A stretch of DNA of 64,000 bases from positions 4,652,001 through 4,716,000 of the forward strand of contig NC_045698.1 of assembly GCF_009834535.1 (NCBI RefSeq), given 5' to 3'. The notes under the pieces are model-generated. The model had not been told where the DNA came from. It made no database searches and saw nothing but the letters and a program-made list of their open reading frames with translations. Source of the DNA: Camelus ferus. Its lineage: Eukaryota. Shown here piece after piece: positions 23,241 through 36,864 of this stretch; within the stretch, counting starts at the first letter, position 1, and every line of letters starts with the position of its first letter. A program made the translations under genes and the position numbers.

Positions 23241-25059
23241 AAATTCTGTCTGCATATTTCTAGATCCCTTCTATGCCTTCGCAGACATATGCAAGCACAC
23301 ATCTCATCAGAACACGTACACAGGGCTTTCCCCGTCACTCTGGGGCCCTTGATTATTTTTTCTGAGAGTATATCTTTGGCCCCTTTTCGCATCAGAACGT
23401 ATTTCTAGAATTCGGTCTTTCCCACTGGTTCATCGCATTGCTCCTTTGTCCATCTTGAGTGGCGAGTGAATTTTCAGCATAAAATCTGGACATTCATCTC
23501 CAGCCTGTTGTATATGTTTCAGATATTTTCTCTCATTTGTCCAATTTTTCCTTGTTTCGGGTATTTATTTTGGTTTGCTTTTTGTTTTGGTTTCGGTTTT
23601 GGTCACTTGTGTGTTTTAACGTTTCCTGGAGTCAATCTGTCAGCGTTTCCTTTGTGACTTCTGAATTTTGTGATTATCATAGAAAATCCTTCTCCATCCA
23701 GAGATAATAATATCCTGATATTTTCTTTCTATTCTTTCAAAATCATTTCAGAATTATTTTTTTGGTCATGGTATAAGTATCTAATTTTATTTTCCTCCAA
23801 AATGAGGGCCAATCAGTTTAATTCTGTTGAAGAGAGCACTGATCTGAAAGGGCACATTAATGATGTTTCTAGATTTTCTGTTTGGCTCCAATGATTTACT
23901 TTCCATTCCTCCACAAATATATTATTTTAATTCCTATAACAAGACAGTATGTTTTGATTTCTGGCCTGACTCTTCCCCATTTTTGTATGTTTTAAATTAG
24001 ATTTTATTAGTTATTCTGGAACATTCATTTACTCTGCCAAATGAAAGTGAGAATCAGCATGTCAGGTTCTAAAAAACCATGCTGTTGCAATTTTAATCAA
24101 GACTGCATTGGGTAGGCCAGCTTTGGGAGAACTGACATTATCTCAGTGTCTATCCAGGTGAGTGTTACGTCAATTTACTCAGTTTTTAAAATATTCTGTA
24201 AAAATATTTTACAGGTATTTTTTTAGCTGTTCTGCAACTTTTACAGGTATCTCCATACAGTTCTTGCACATTTCTTGCTACTTGCATATTTAGAGTTTTT
24301 TTTCCTATTGTTGTTACACTTTCTAATTGCTTGTGACAAGTACATAGAAAATCACCTTAGGGCGATTCACGCCAGCTGCTATAATAAACACCGCAACATC
24401 TCAGTGATTTAACCGCAGGAAGTTTTATTCTTGCTAATGAACAATTTGATGCAAGGTGGGTCTCCTGCGTCTCAGCAGTGATTTAGCTAGCATGCCAAGT
24501 CCTTCCATTCCAATCGCGCAGGGCTGGGAACTTCTGGACTCTCTTCCCTCTGATTACTGCGTGTCCACTAGCTCCTCCTTCTCTGAACTCATCTCTTCCC
24601 GGTAGTTGCTTTCCAAGTGAAGCAATTTACTTTTACAGTCTTAAATATCAGTTTTCTTGCGTCTTGCCATCCAACTACTAAAATAGTGCTGTATGTTTTA
24701 GGCTTCATTTTTATTTTTTAAATATAATGATTCCACTTTTAAGTTACCCAGTTTTGTCTTAAGGCAAAGTGAGCCAATGTTACAAACAGTCTAAAAAGCT
24801 GAGTGGCTTTGTCGTTGAAGATGTGTTTCTTTCTCCTGTCATAGGACTGATAGATTTGTTCTATTCTTAAATGTGTTTTTCCTTTGTCATTTCTAGGAAT
24901 TTGATCCAAGGGCAAGGGGAGAGAGTTGGTACCTTGTCAGCCTGTCACCTGCCATCTGGTACTTCCTTGTGAACTGGTTTTTACCATGTTTGAAGTGTGA
25001 TGCTCAGAAAAAAGCTGTGTGCCTCTGGCCCACCAGCTTTTGAGTCCTCGGACGTCACT

Positions 25060-25560
25060 TATCAGACAGGAAGCACGTCAGCAGTGCCACCTGCTCACCA
25101 GCTGTGAGCCTGGAATAATCGCCCGGACGCCGCGCCCTTGGCGCCTGGCGACCCGGCTTGACTGGGCCACCCAGGGAGACTGGAGGTGTAAGCGTTCTGT
25201 TCCTGCTCCTGTGCCAGCCCCTCACGAGTGGTGTTGCTCCGGCTGCAAGAACTAGTTCGTTCTCATTTCCTTTGCTTCCCAACCCAGTTCCGCGGTGAGA
25301 GAGCGCTCGAGACCGACCCCGGCCCACTTAGCGTTTGCCGGCTTTTTCCCCTGGGGGCTTGGCCATGGCCCTGCCTCCCGGGTGGATGCGGTCCTGACCC
25401 CCCCGGCGTGTGCCCGGCTCCTGCCGCACCCGTTCCCCCAGCCCCGACTCACGCGGGCGCTGCCCCTGTCCTTGGGGAACGGGCTCAGCGTGGCCGGCGA
25501 GGGCACACTGGTTGTGGTTCCTGCCTTCCCTCAGGGGAAGGCGTCTCTTTAGAGGGCCTG
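25060..25560. promoter_or_regulatory. Small orphan CpG-island-like segment
   Basis: Dense CpG (gcccggacgccgcgcc, cgcggtgagagagcgctcgagaccgacc) against AT-rich flanks. Confidence 0.5.
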
Positions 25561-27151
25561 ACTGGCCCCCTGGGGTCAGCTGCTCCTTGGGGTCAGCTTC
25601 CCCACCGGCCTTGAACAAGGTGTGGGCTTCTGTGCCTCTGTCCCCTCTGGGCTGGTAATCGTTAGGATGCTGAACTTTAGTTAAACGGGAGAAATTCACA
25701 GAGAAGGAGAGAGACGGGTGAAGCTGTTCCCTCCCACGAACACTTCGGCTCAAATCGGTTTTTCTCAGATGAATGATACAAAGTCATACATTGGCACTGA
25801 TGGAATCTGGGCACACGGCGAAGCCTCTTTCATGCAGTGAGAGAGTTGGCTTAATTGAATTCTGCATATAACAGAAGGTTACCTCTTCCAGTGACTCCCT
25901 CGTGAGGGATTTCAGTGATAGGCTCTGAAAATAACCAGAAACCGTTGAAGCGGGCAGGCCATTGAGAAGGGACGGCACCCAAAGAGAATGGGAGGTCTGG
26001 GAGGAGGCGGGGCCCCAGGACACACCAAAGAGGAGGCTTGGCTGTTTTTGAGTTTCATTGCAAAAGGCCATTAGGAGGATGATGAATTGCTGGCTGTACA
26101 TACACCCCTTTTGCAGGTACTTTTGGTGAAAGAATTGTCCACAGTTGGGTCTATGTCATACCAAAGCCTTAAAACAATCAGACGTAATTGCATTTAATAG
26201 AGTATTTGTGGGGCTACCTCAAATTCTCCTCCACAGGAGGACATATCACAACATTATCACTCCTGAAGTTCTGACTCCGTCTGATTTTCCTGGTGTCAGC
26301 GGGAAATGTGAGACTGGATCTGCTGAGTCAGCTTTCACTTCTGTGCATGTGGGAGCTTTTCTCTACTTGCACCCATGGTGCATCCAGTCCCTGCGCCCTC
26401 ACTGGCAGGATAAAGCAAAGTGAGTGCTAACTCTTGGAAGATTATCATAGGAATTGTTCCTTTTTCATCTTTTCAGAGCACTGGAAGTTTCCAGTGATAA
26501 AAACAACACACTCCGTAGAAAATAGTGTGTAAAAGCACATGCGTGTTGTATATTTCTATAGAAATCAGCAGAGGATACAGAGCGTGTTTTGATTAAATGT
26601 GGTTCTTCCAGGGGATGTTTTGAAATAAGAAAAGCAAAAGATCAGGTTTTTGGGGGGATGCATGATGTCTACATATAAAATTGAAAAGAAAAATTAAAAC
26701 AACCCTCTAGATATTGAGCTTGAAAAAAAGGTAACAAATCCAAGGAACATTTTTATGTGTTTTTGAAATTTGACAATGGATCACATTTCTTCCAGAGGTT
26801 TCCTGAATATATACATAGATGACAGAGATTAAAAACCTGAAATACTTGTAGAATAGATGAGGATGTAGGAAAGAAGGCACTTTCTTTCCATGTTTTTGTT
26901 TTTTATTTTTTTAGAAATAGTTTAACATTTCCCTTTCTGGTTTCCACCGGAAATCAGTTTCCTTTAGAAATTAAACGAGTGAGAACCATGCGTTTGCCTG
27001 AATGTCTTTTTTGGAAGCTAGCTCTTTGCAGTGTCACTGCCTCAAACCAGGGTCTCTTGAGTTTACCGCTCATTTCCTTAGCCTGTGAAATTGTGTCTGT
27101 TGGCAAAGACGAATAAAGGAAAAATAAGAATTAAGTGAAAAAGGAACAAAT

Positions 27152-27575
27152 CAGGGGTCAGCAAACTTTTATGTCAAGGGCCAGGAAGTAATTCTGTTCT
27201 GTGAGCAGACAGCCTTTTTTGCTGCTAAACTTTGCTGTTGTCACTTTAGGTGGTGGGGGTAAATTTTTCACAGAGCATCCATATATGAAACCATCATTTG
27301 TGCACTTTAAATATCTTACAATTTTACTTGTCAATTAAAAAGTTTTAAAAAACCACCAAAGACAAGAGGTGAATGAATAGATGTGGCTGTGTTCCAGTAA
27401 AACTTTTATTTATGGGTACCGAAATTTCAATTTCACATAATTTTCACATCAGAAAATATTAATCACTGTTTGATTTAAAAAATCACTTTAAAATGTAAGA
27501 ACTATGCTCAGCTTATGAGCCGCATTAAAACAGATGATGGGCTCAGTCAGGACTGCGGGTCATTGCCGCCTTCTC
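27152..27575. mobile_element. MER58B-like hAT-Charlie element with an L1 3' tip inside (~27245-27350)
   Basis: caggggtcagcaaactttt...gtggctgtgttccagtaaaac...aatttcacataattttcac. Confidence 0.75.
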
Positions 27576-27861
27576 TACAAAATCATACCCTTGACCTAGC
27601 TTACCTTTAAAGTGTCAACAAACACATTTGTTTATTTATTTTTCAGCTCTTTACTGGAACAACATCTAACTGGGTATAGTGTTCTTGGTTTGCACTTCAC
27701 TTTCCTCATTACTTTGCAAACACTTACTCCATTGTTTTTTAGTATCAAATATTGCTACAGAGAATACAGTTAGTCTGATGTTTTAAAAAAAAACCTTAAT
27801 GTCGATTCACTTTTTCCTGAAGATTTCATGCTTTATTCTTGAAATCCAATAGCTGAACTAG

Positions 27862-28290
27862 TGTCTTAGTCATCTCCTGCTGTGTAACAAATCACCCCAA
27901 ATGTGGCACCTCCGTTACCTCACAGTGTGTGTGGCTCAGGCATCAGGGCAGAGTGTGGTTGGGTGCTCTGCTTCCTGCTGTCTTGCACAGCACCAACCCA
28001 GGGTCGTGATCTCACCTGAAGGCTGAGCTGGAGAGCGACTGGCTCCCATGCTCACTCAGAGGTGGCTGCGGCCTTCAGATCCTCATGTGGTGTTGGACTG
28101 AGGGCCTCAGCTCCTTGCCGGCTGTTGGCTGGAGCCTGTTGTCAGTTCCTTGCTATGTGGGCCTCCTTTATAAGGCAGCCTGCTTCATTAAGGTGTACAG
28201 GCTGAGAAGGGATAGAGGAGTCTATTGAGAAAGCAAGTCAGGTCTGTTATAACCTAATCACAGAAGTGGTAAGAGGTCATACCCTTGTCC
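27862..28290 (-). mobile_element. MaLR LTR (MLT1E/F-like)
   Basis: tgtcttagt...tgctgtgtaacaaatcaccccaaa...tgttggactgagggcctcag...ttataacctaatcacagaagtg. Confidence 0.7.
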
Positions 28291-29060
28291 CAGTTTACCT
28301 TTAACGTTCTAGCAAACACACGCAAATACTCAAAAACGGGAAGTAAGTTCGCCCGTTTTATTGAACACTTACTTTCAATCACTGACCTCTGTCTCAGCTA
28401 AAGATGCCAAGGACTTCATCGAGACAACCCAGGCTCTTGGCTCAGACCAGGCAGCCAGGGAAGCAAGGACCGTGTACCCGAGGGTCAGACGGCATGTTTT
28501 GGCGGTGACCATGATGAGAGCAGGTAATGGTGAAGCAGAACGCACTGTGTTCCCAGGACCATCTGGAGTACTTTCTGGCATCAGTCCAGTCACAACAAAC
28601 CCATGAAAAAGGCCCCAACATTGTCAGTGTGGAGATGAGAGACTCACTGACCTGCTCAGGGCCACTCAGGCCAAGTGGCGGCACCTGCCGCCTGCTCAGG
28701 GGGGCTGGCCCCAGGCTGTGCCCACCCCTCCACTTTACAGAGGAGGACACTCACCTTCAAAAGCTGGCAAAGGAGCATAATGAGATGAAAATCCAAGGAG
28801 GGCACTGGTATGCAGTTGCTCCACCAAGCAGTAACCCACGATTGATCTGGGGTAGAATTTTGCATTTTATAAAATGATTGGTCAACACTCCAAATGGAAC
28901 TGGATAGTGTTTTCCTTCTTTTCTAAGCACACAACAAACAAAGCTTGGAGGAGCAGCCAGTCCATGATGTTTAAGAAATTTTACTTGCTAATCAGATAGG
29001 TCTTTTTTCCTCAGAATTCCATTTTTGTGTCCCCTGGACATAGATGTCATGGACTGGTGA

Positions 29061-29156
29061 CTCTTTTTCTCTCTTTTCCCTTCCTTCCTTCCTCCCTTCC
29101 TCCCTCCCTCCCTCCCTTCCTTCCTCCCTCCCTCCCTCCCTTCCTTCCTTCCTTCC
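29061..29156. repeat. 96-nt pure polypyrimidine (CCTT/CCCT)n tract
   Basis: Direct reading; no purine on the + strand across the interval. Confidence 0.95.
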
Positions 29157-29599
29157 ATCAGTGTTTTCTCCACAATATAAACTTTGGAAGTCACTGTGGG
29201 GATGTAGAGTTAATCCAGTCAAAATCCCCATTTTGAGCTGAGGTGCCCATGGTCAGGGTAGCCCCATATGGGAGAGAACCAGGGTGAGTTCTCTCCATTA
29301 AGCCACGTGGCCCAAAGCATGAGAGCAGAAACATTCATGGTTCATCGCTACGTCTTGCTCTGATAAGTACGTTTTGTGACACGTACCAATGAGCCCCTCC
29401 GCTGTCTGCTTCTTGTGAGACAGAGGCTGGAGATGGTCAACATCGCATCCCGGGAACAAGTGAAGTGGGTCACGATGCTTGGAGGTTATTTGCCTTTTAC
29501 GGCCTGAGCGAGAACGCACAAATCTTCACCTTCACAGTTAGTGGAGGCTCTGTCCTCGCCTCTCTTCTCAGACGGGACTTTGTTTGGTTGTCTGCTTGT

Positions 29600-30262
29600 T
29601 TATTTGTTTATTTATTTACTTATTTATAATTGTGCTACATACAACATGTTAGTTTCAGGTGTATCACATAATGATTTGATATATACGTATATATGTATAT
29701 ATTGTGAAGTCACCACCACAATAACACTAGTTAACCTCTGTCACCACACACAGTTACAGTTTATGTTTCCCTTGTGGTGAGAGCTTTTAAGATCGATTCC
29801 CTCAGCAGTGCTCAAGTACGCAGTGCGGCGTTACTAACTACACTCACCATGGTGTGCTCTGGGTTCTCAGGACTTACTTATCTTGTAGCCAGAAATTAGT
29901 ATCTTTTAACTGTCTTCATCCACTTCCCCCAACTCCCACCCCTACCCGTGGCAATCACCAATCTGTGCTCTGCATCTGTGAGGTCCAGTTTTTTGGTTTG
30001 TTAATTTGTTTTTTTTGGCTTCCATATGTAACGGAGATCATACAGTATTTGTCTTTCTCATTCTGAGTTATTTCACTTAGCATAATGCCTTCTGGTCCAT
30101 CCATGTCACCAATGGCAAGATTTCCTTCTTTTTACAGCTGAATAATAGCCATTGTGTATACAAACTACATCTTCTGTATCCGCCCATCCATCAATGGACA
30201 CTTACATTGCTTCTGTATCTTAGCTGTTGTAATTAATGATGCAACGAACACGAAGGTACACG
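29600..30262 (-). mobile_element. L1MA/MB-type 3' end
   Basis: gtttcaggtgtatcacataatgattt...ttcacttagcataatgcc...tcaatggacactta. Confidence 0.85.
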
Positions 30263-30379
30263 TTACTGATTAGAGCAGAACCATAATGTTGATTTAGGTC
30301 AGTCAATCCTATGGATCCATGACGTTCACCGTTATTTTAATTTCTATGCTGAATGACCGTCTGAGCTAAGTGCTTATAC

Positions 30380-30500
30380 AGGGCTTACTGAGGTGCCTGG
30401 ATCTATTCTAGGCTCCTTACATAAATGACTCAGTCCTCACGGAAGCCGTTGAGTAAGTGTGGTTCCATCCTCATCTTATAGACAAGGAGACTGAGGGCAG
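30380..30500. mobile_element. MIR fragment
   Basis: ttactgaggtgcc...cctcatcttatagacaaggagactgagg. Confidence 0.55.
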
Positions 30501-33500
30501 CGGGATTGAAGGACACAGCTCAGCGCCTCCAGCTGAGCCGGCAGAGCAACATCCTTCTGCTGCTGGACGAGCACTGCCTGGTGTCTCAGGGTGTCCAGAC
30601 AGGACATGGGGGCCACGGACGGAGCTCTGTGCATCTGCAGCCACTCGGCTTGGCTGGACGTGGCTCTGAGCATCCCCTGCCCCTCATTAGGAGCTGGAGT
30701 CACTGGGGCGTGGACTTGGGTGCTGAGGTCTTAAATACAAAGAGCAGGGCGGACTCCGCCTCCCATCCAAGGTGGGGCTGATTTCCCTCAGCACGTGAGG
30801 CCAGCAGGCAGGACTAGCCCTGGCCTCAGCATCCCACCCAGGTGTGGGTGGAGGTGGGGGCCACCGTCACAGTCCTCAGGGGGTGAGCCCTGCCCTCACA
30901 GGGCCAGCGCCAGGGGAGAGCCCTCTGCGGGGTGGAGGACGAGACTCCCCACCCCAGCTTCCAGGGCCAGTTCTGCTCACCTCCTCTCAGAAGCCCGTCT
31001 GCCAACAGACCCTGGAGCTGTGACACCCATCGTGGCCATCAGCAGTGTTCCCTCCTCCAGCTCAGAGAAGCTTTGGGGTCCACGCCCACCTTAAATATGA
31101 GCAAATTAAGTCCTCACTGGTTTTCTAGAAATATGCACGTGCTTTTAAAGGATTTGAAACGCCCTGGAAAGTCTCCAAAGGTGGCTTTGGAATCACTGAC
31201 TTAGAATGAGAAACTGCGAAAGTGCCCACCCCGAGACCTCCCCGCTCCCGGGACGCCCCTCACCTCCCCCAGGACCCCTGCGGCTGGAGCCAGCCTTCCC
31301 TTCGGAAGGGTGGGCCCTGTGCTCTTCTGCGGCTTTAGGGCCGGGAGCCCTGCAGGCTCCCCCAGTCCTTGTGAGTGGAGCGCGTTTTCATGAAAATGCA
31401 GTCATTAAACATAACAGGAAAGCCTTTCTACTTATAGATGATTGTACAGTCGTTCTTTTAAAAAATCCTGAGCTTGGCTCCAGTGATTTGGCAGTGGTCC
31501 TTCTGGGTCCTGCATGGGTTTTATTTTCAGTGGTGCAGAAGGACTTCCAAAGGCACTCGGCTGTAATAGCAGAAGCAACAGGCAGCCTCTGCAAAACACC
31601 AGGCTCCTTGATCTGAAGAGCGGCCGAAAGCAGGAAGGTCCGTCTCAGCTACGGTGCTCCTTCTCTGTGAGACGGCTTTCGTTCACCGACTTTGTACGCT
31701 GTGACATAAGACACTTCCTGTGTACTGAGGGCTTGGTCACTGCTGACACTGATCCTCGCAAGAAATTGGAGGAAACGTTTGTCTTCTTGTTTTTATGACG
31801 TAGATGGGGAGACTGAGGCAGGAGGGGCCAGGATGGGGATCGAAGCTACCTCGAGGGTTGGTGTCAAGGTTCATCGCCTTTGGATGCGGCCGGGCCGTTA
31901 CACCTGGCTGAGGTAAGGAATGCTGCGTCTAGACAGTGTTTGCTCCTTATCATCTAGAATCTCCCGGATTTGAGAAGAGTCTTGGCTGTTTCATTTACCA
32001 TGTAAGACCAGGGTGAGTTTTGGTTTGGTTTTTGATGATGATGATCCCGGCCAAGAGAGCAGAGTAGGAACCTTTCCTTTCTCAGAGCCATGTTGGTGCA
32101 TGTGGCAAATAAACTCATGTCCCCATTTTAAGGGGTTCACTTGGGACCCACAATTTATTTTCAATGGAAATAGAGAAATAGGGTGTGGGAAGAGGGCTAA
32201 GAAGGGAAGCATTTTGTATCAAAGATTTTTGTTTTTAAACTTCTCTCTGGAATTGGATGGGCAGGGGTAGCTCATAGTCTAGAAATTGATCCTACAAGCA
32301 TGTAGGCGGGGCTGTCAGAAGCAATCTTCCCACCCACAGGGACACGGTTTGATTTCAGTGAAAGTCAATGAGATTAACACACAGAGCTGAACAGAGGCAA
32401 CAGAGCTGTGAGGCAGAAAGGATTGGAGAAGGGTGTCCTGACAACATTGTTCAATTCTCTAGATTTAGCCTCATTGGAAACGCACCATAGGTTTCCTACT
32501 TAGGTGAGCGGATACGCCCCTCTGTGGCTCTGGCAAGTTGATGTGGGGCTTCTGTCACTTGCCACTTGCTGATATTCATGGACTTTGTGACTCTTCCTAC
32601 CGTTAACTGTGGTCAAGGTAGGGAGCCAAGGGCCAGGACGAGAGGAAGCCAATTCTAAACAAAAGTAGCTTCAAGCACTGAGGAGAGAAAAAGTGACCTG
32701 TTAGTTGTTTTCCTGATTGGCTGCTCCTCTGTTTCAATGAGTCAAGTTTGTTTGTCAATGTCACTTGACTTCCTTCGTTTTACTGGGGGGGTGGGGCATG
32801 TTTAATCAGTACGTCTTGGTTTTTGCACTGGTTGCATCTGTTGGGCACTGAGTGCAGGTGATATTCGCTTGCCTTTGAGTCTTTGTAATCAAAGACCTGA
32901 CGTAAGTCACTTAGAGCAGGTTATTTCTGTTTATATCTGATTTCCCAAATTTTTGTACAAAAGATGGCCTTCTGAGGCTTTCTTCTGACTGGCTGATTCT
33001 GATCTATTTCAAGATCCCTTGAGTACAACGCTGGTGCCTGCACATCGCCGTGTGTGCAGGCTGCTGCGGGCTGTGGCCTTGCGCGTGTACCTGGAGCTCC
33101 TGGAACGCTCTGAACTTCTCACCTGGCGCTTTTCTCCGTAACTGGTCCCTGGGCTGTTCCCGTGCTAGAAAATTTGCTTCAAAGGGATGTTGCAAAATCT
33201 TGTTTACGAATTGCTAAAACCCCAGAGGCACTGTTTTCTCCAAGCACTCCCATCTGGAGCTAACATTTTACTTGGAATGTACACTAGGTCTAAAATTCAA
33301 TTTCCTGGTCCTCAGGCGCAGGAGCGTGATGACACAGGTGCCATTAGGTGAGGCCTAAGACGCTTCTGGCCGTGAGCAATTCTCGTATGATGGATTGAAG
33401 AGGATTGGCCGAGCACGACGTCATGTGGACAAAGCGAAAGCCCCGAGTTACCCCGTCTGCGAAGGGCTACTGTCCAGCACGCTGTTACTGAAGAATTTTA

Positions 33501-34169
33501 AAACGCTGTGGTTAGGTGCCCCCTAGCTTTCCAAGCGCTTTGTATGGTTACATCTGTTTGTAATCTGGCCATGACCACTTGACAGTGTCCATGGTACCCC
33601 CGTTGCTCTTGACTGCACCCTGTGTCTTGTCTCTAAATAACTGAAAGCCTTTTTGGCATCACAGGTACGTTCCACCCTGTTCGCTGGGTGGCCCTTTGCC
33701 CTGACTGCCTACGAGGGAGACGTCTGGATACTTGAACCATTAATTCCTTAGCTCCACATGGAATCGTAGCAGTCTTCGAGCTGGAAATGGTTTTGGGGAC
33801 GAGTTTTAGAACCGTTGCCTATTCCCAGATGACAAAATGAACACCTGGAGAAGGGAAGCCACATGTTGGAGGTCTCAGTGCTTCCCAGGCGGGAGTTGCA
33901 GGGAACAGACAATGGAGAGGGAAAGGAAAGTGATTCACGGGAGGAGCGGGCAGGTATGATGTGTACTGTGTCTAGAGTAAGTCGGGGACAACATGGCCCA
34001 CAGCAGGGCTCTGTGATGGGCTCAGCTGAGGAGTACTGTGAGGTGGCGGGACTGGGGTCCTTCCCACCGTCTTGTCAGTGTGACAAGCTTAACGCGGTAT
34101 CTGCTGGTGGAGGAGGAATGTTTACAGGGTCCAGATCTGTATCACAAGCAGGCATGGAAGGGTGGATTA

Positions 34170-34560
34170 GGGATGATCCGGCTGTGTATTAACCAATGCC
34201 ACAGCTGGTCTGGGTGCTGGGGACAGCACAGAGTAAAAGAGACCAAAAGCCTGGCCCTCAAGGGGACTTGCATTCTCAGCAAAGGAGACAGAGTGTCAAC
34301 ACGACAAAACAGTGGAACACAGAGAGAAATACAGGCAGAGGAGGGGTTGGGAGTGTGTGTGCAGGGAGTTTCCACGTAGATCCCCATGGGGATCAGGGAC
34401 AGACTCAGTGAAACAAACATTGGACAGAGGTGGGGAGACGTGTGTGCAAAGGCCCTGAGGTGGGCACACACCTGGAGTTTTGATGGTTGATGGAAAATAA
34501 GGCAGTGTGACTGGTGTGTAGTGAACACAGGAGAGCTGAGGTCTGAGAGGCAGCAGGCAG
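34170..34560 (-). mobile_element. L2 fragment, followed by a TG-rich low-complexity patch (~34568-34652)
   Basis: gggtgctggggacagcacag...ggccctcaaggggacttgcattct...tgcaaaggccctgaggtggg. Confidence 0.6.
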
Positions 34561-36864
34561 GGAGAGCATGTGTGCACGTGCGTGTGAGTGTGTGCATGTG
34601 ATGGCTGTGTCCATGACTGTGTGCGGGCAGACGTGTGAGCGTGCACACGTGAGTCTTCCAAGTGCCTTCAACTCAAACATAGGGTCTCGAGTATCTGCCT
34701 CCTCTGGCCTCCCAGGAGACCCAGTGATTTTACTCACCTTGTTTCGGACGTCTGGTGATGATTCGGTCCCTCCTGCGCTAGGAGATTTTCTTCTCGGGAG
34801 GGCCTCTGGGACCCACCGGAAGGACCATCAGCATTGGCTCAGCCCTAGGAGCGCAGGCGGTCACTGGCGCTGGCGGCAGGGGGGTGAAACGTGCTCCCGC
34901 GGGGCAGGGGCCTCTCCGCAGGAGGCTGAGTCTCCCTCTGGTTATGGCTCCATTCAGCTTGGTGGAGAGTCAGGCTGGGGCGGCAGGGTGGGTTGAGAGA
35001 GAAGCATTTGACTCTCTTGCCTAAGGAAGGTTCATCGCGTGTGAAGACTCTAAATCACTGAAGCCAAGACTGCTATTAATTAAAGCTGATAAAAGCATTA
35101 AAGAAATATTTAATCCCCGTGTTCTGGGACCTGGAGATTTTCACAGCCTGACATTTGTGCCCCAAGACTACTAGTCTTAATAGGTTTAGCGTGGCTGCAA
35201 ATGGAATGATTAAGGGCACGCTTGCTGGCCCCCCAGTGAGCCACGCTTTCACCCTGAAAGATCTCCTAGGGGGGTGGTCGTTGAATGACTGTCACTGGCT
35301 TAAAACGAACACAAACATGCCTGTAAAACTGCTATTCAGAGAGGCTTTTCTGAAAATTTATCTCCAAATGTTCATCTCTCACGGGAATACAGGGTCAGGA
35401 TTAACAGTGAACACAGGCCCACAATTCTCAGATACTTTCACTGTTACATCTGTTTTCTGCTGGCTGATTTTTATTTTCCTCTCCTTTAAATAAATGCCTT
35501 TTAAACAAAACATCACACCATACTATCAGCTTCTGAAAAATAATTTTCATTATCAAATAACTTGCCTGATGGGGTTTTTGAAATTAGACTTTTTTTTCAT
35601 AGAGAAATTATGATAAACATGCTTATGAATCCAAGCTACGCTTATTGGATGAATTTGTCACTAAGTCTTCAACCCTCAAGTAAGCATTCGTATAGCCTGC
35701 GTTTGGTGTGTGTTCTTAAAGCTGAGGAAGATCGGCGGAGCTGGTGGCTGGCAAAGGACTTCAGAGCATTGTCATATCCACGAGGACGTGGGTGAAGGCA
35801 GCGAGTGAGTAGAGGCGGCGATGCACTTGAATACATGTGCCTGGAAGTGCGTTCTTCACTGACACTGGCTCTGACCTTGGGCTCTTGATCACTGATGCAC
35901 TGACACTTTTGTCTGGATGGTTCCCAAGGATGCATCCTTCAAATGTGATTACGCTAAAAGTTTGGGTCTCACTTCCGCTCCTTCCCATCACTCTTGTACC
36001 CCATCACCCAGGCTTCAGAAAGACAAACTCTCCCCCATCCTCTTTCCACACTATTTATAGCCTTGGTCACCAAGATTGTGCTATCAAAATCTGTTTTGCC
36101 AGTTCCTGGTGTGTTTTCGTTGAAATCCAGGTGCTATGATTTCTCATGGAATCCTTGTAAATGATGGTACTTGTGTTTGCTTTATGCATCCCACATAATG
36201 GCTTCAGCAGAAGCGGGCGAGACCTGCTACGCCCAGCGCCGTGGTGCCGCTCTGCAGAGATTCACTTTTCTTTCACTCTGCTTTGTTTGGGTTCCCAACA
36301 TCAGTCACGGTGAAAACACAGGTATCTTTGCCTCTAACAACCAAGACATTTTGTTAGGATGGGATCGAGTTTTCATAAGCTGGATAAGATTCCAGAATTA
36401 TGTCGTTAACTTTATTTAAGAGAATGTATTTTCATGGTGCACTGGGTTGGGTGACAGCTAGGGAAGAGAGTGCGGTTCTACTTAAAATCCTAGTTCAGAA
36501 GCTCACAGATTTTTTTTTTTTTAAGTTTATCTTCCTCCTGAATTTATTTGCTTTTCTGGGTTTTTTTTTTTTTTTTTTTTTGATGCTTATTGGGTGAAAT
36601 TGTAGCTAAACCTGTATCTTTAACCTCAAGTAAGCATCTGTGTGTGTTGGATGCAGTTTTTTTCCTGTCAAAAGCCATTCCTCCTTCTCCTCTGCTACTT
36701 CTTCTCCAGTAAAACCCCAATCTGTAACGTGCGAAGATTCTGATCTCAGAGGAAGCTGATCCCAAGGAGAAGGACCACGGTCAGCCTAGGCCAGCCAAGG
36801 CGACCCCATTCCTCTTGGCCAGTGGGCGTGTGACCTAATTCTGGCCCATGGGCTCACTTTAGTT

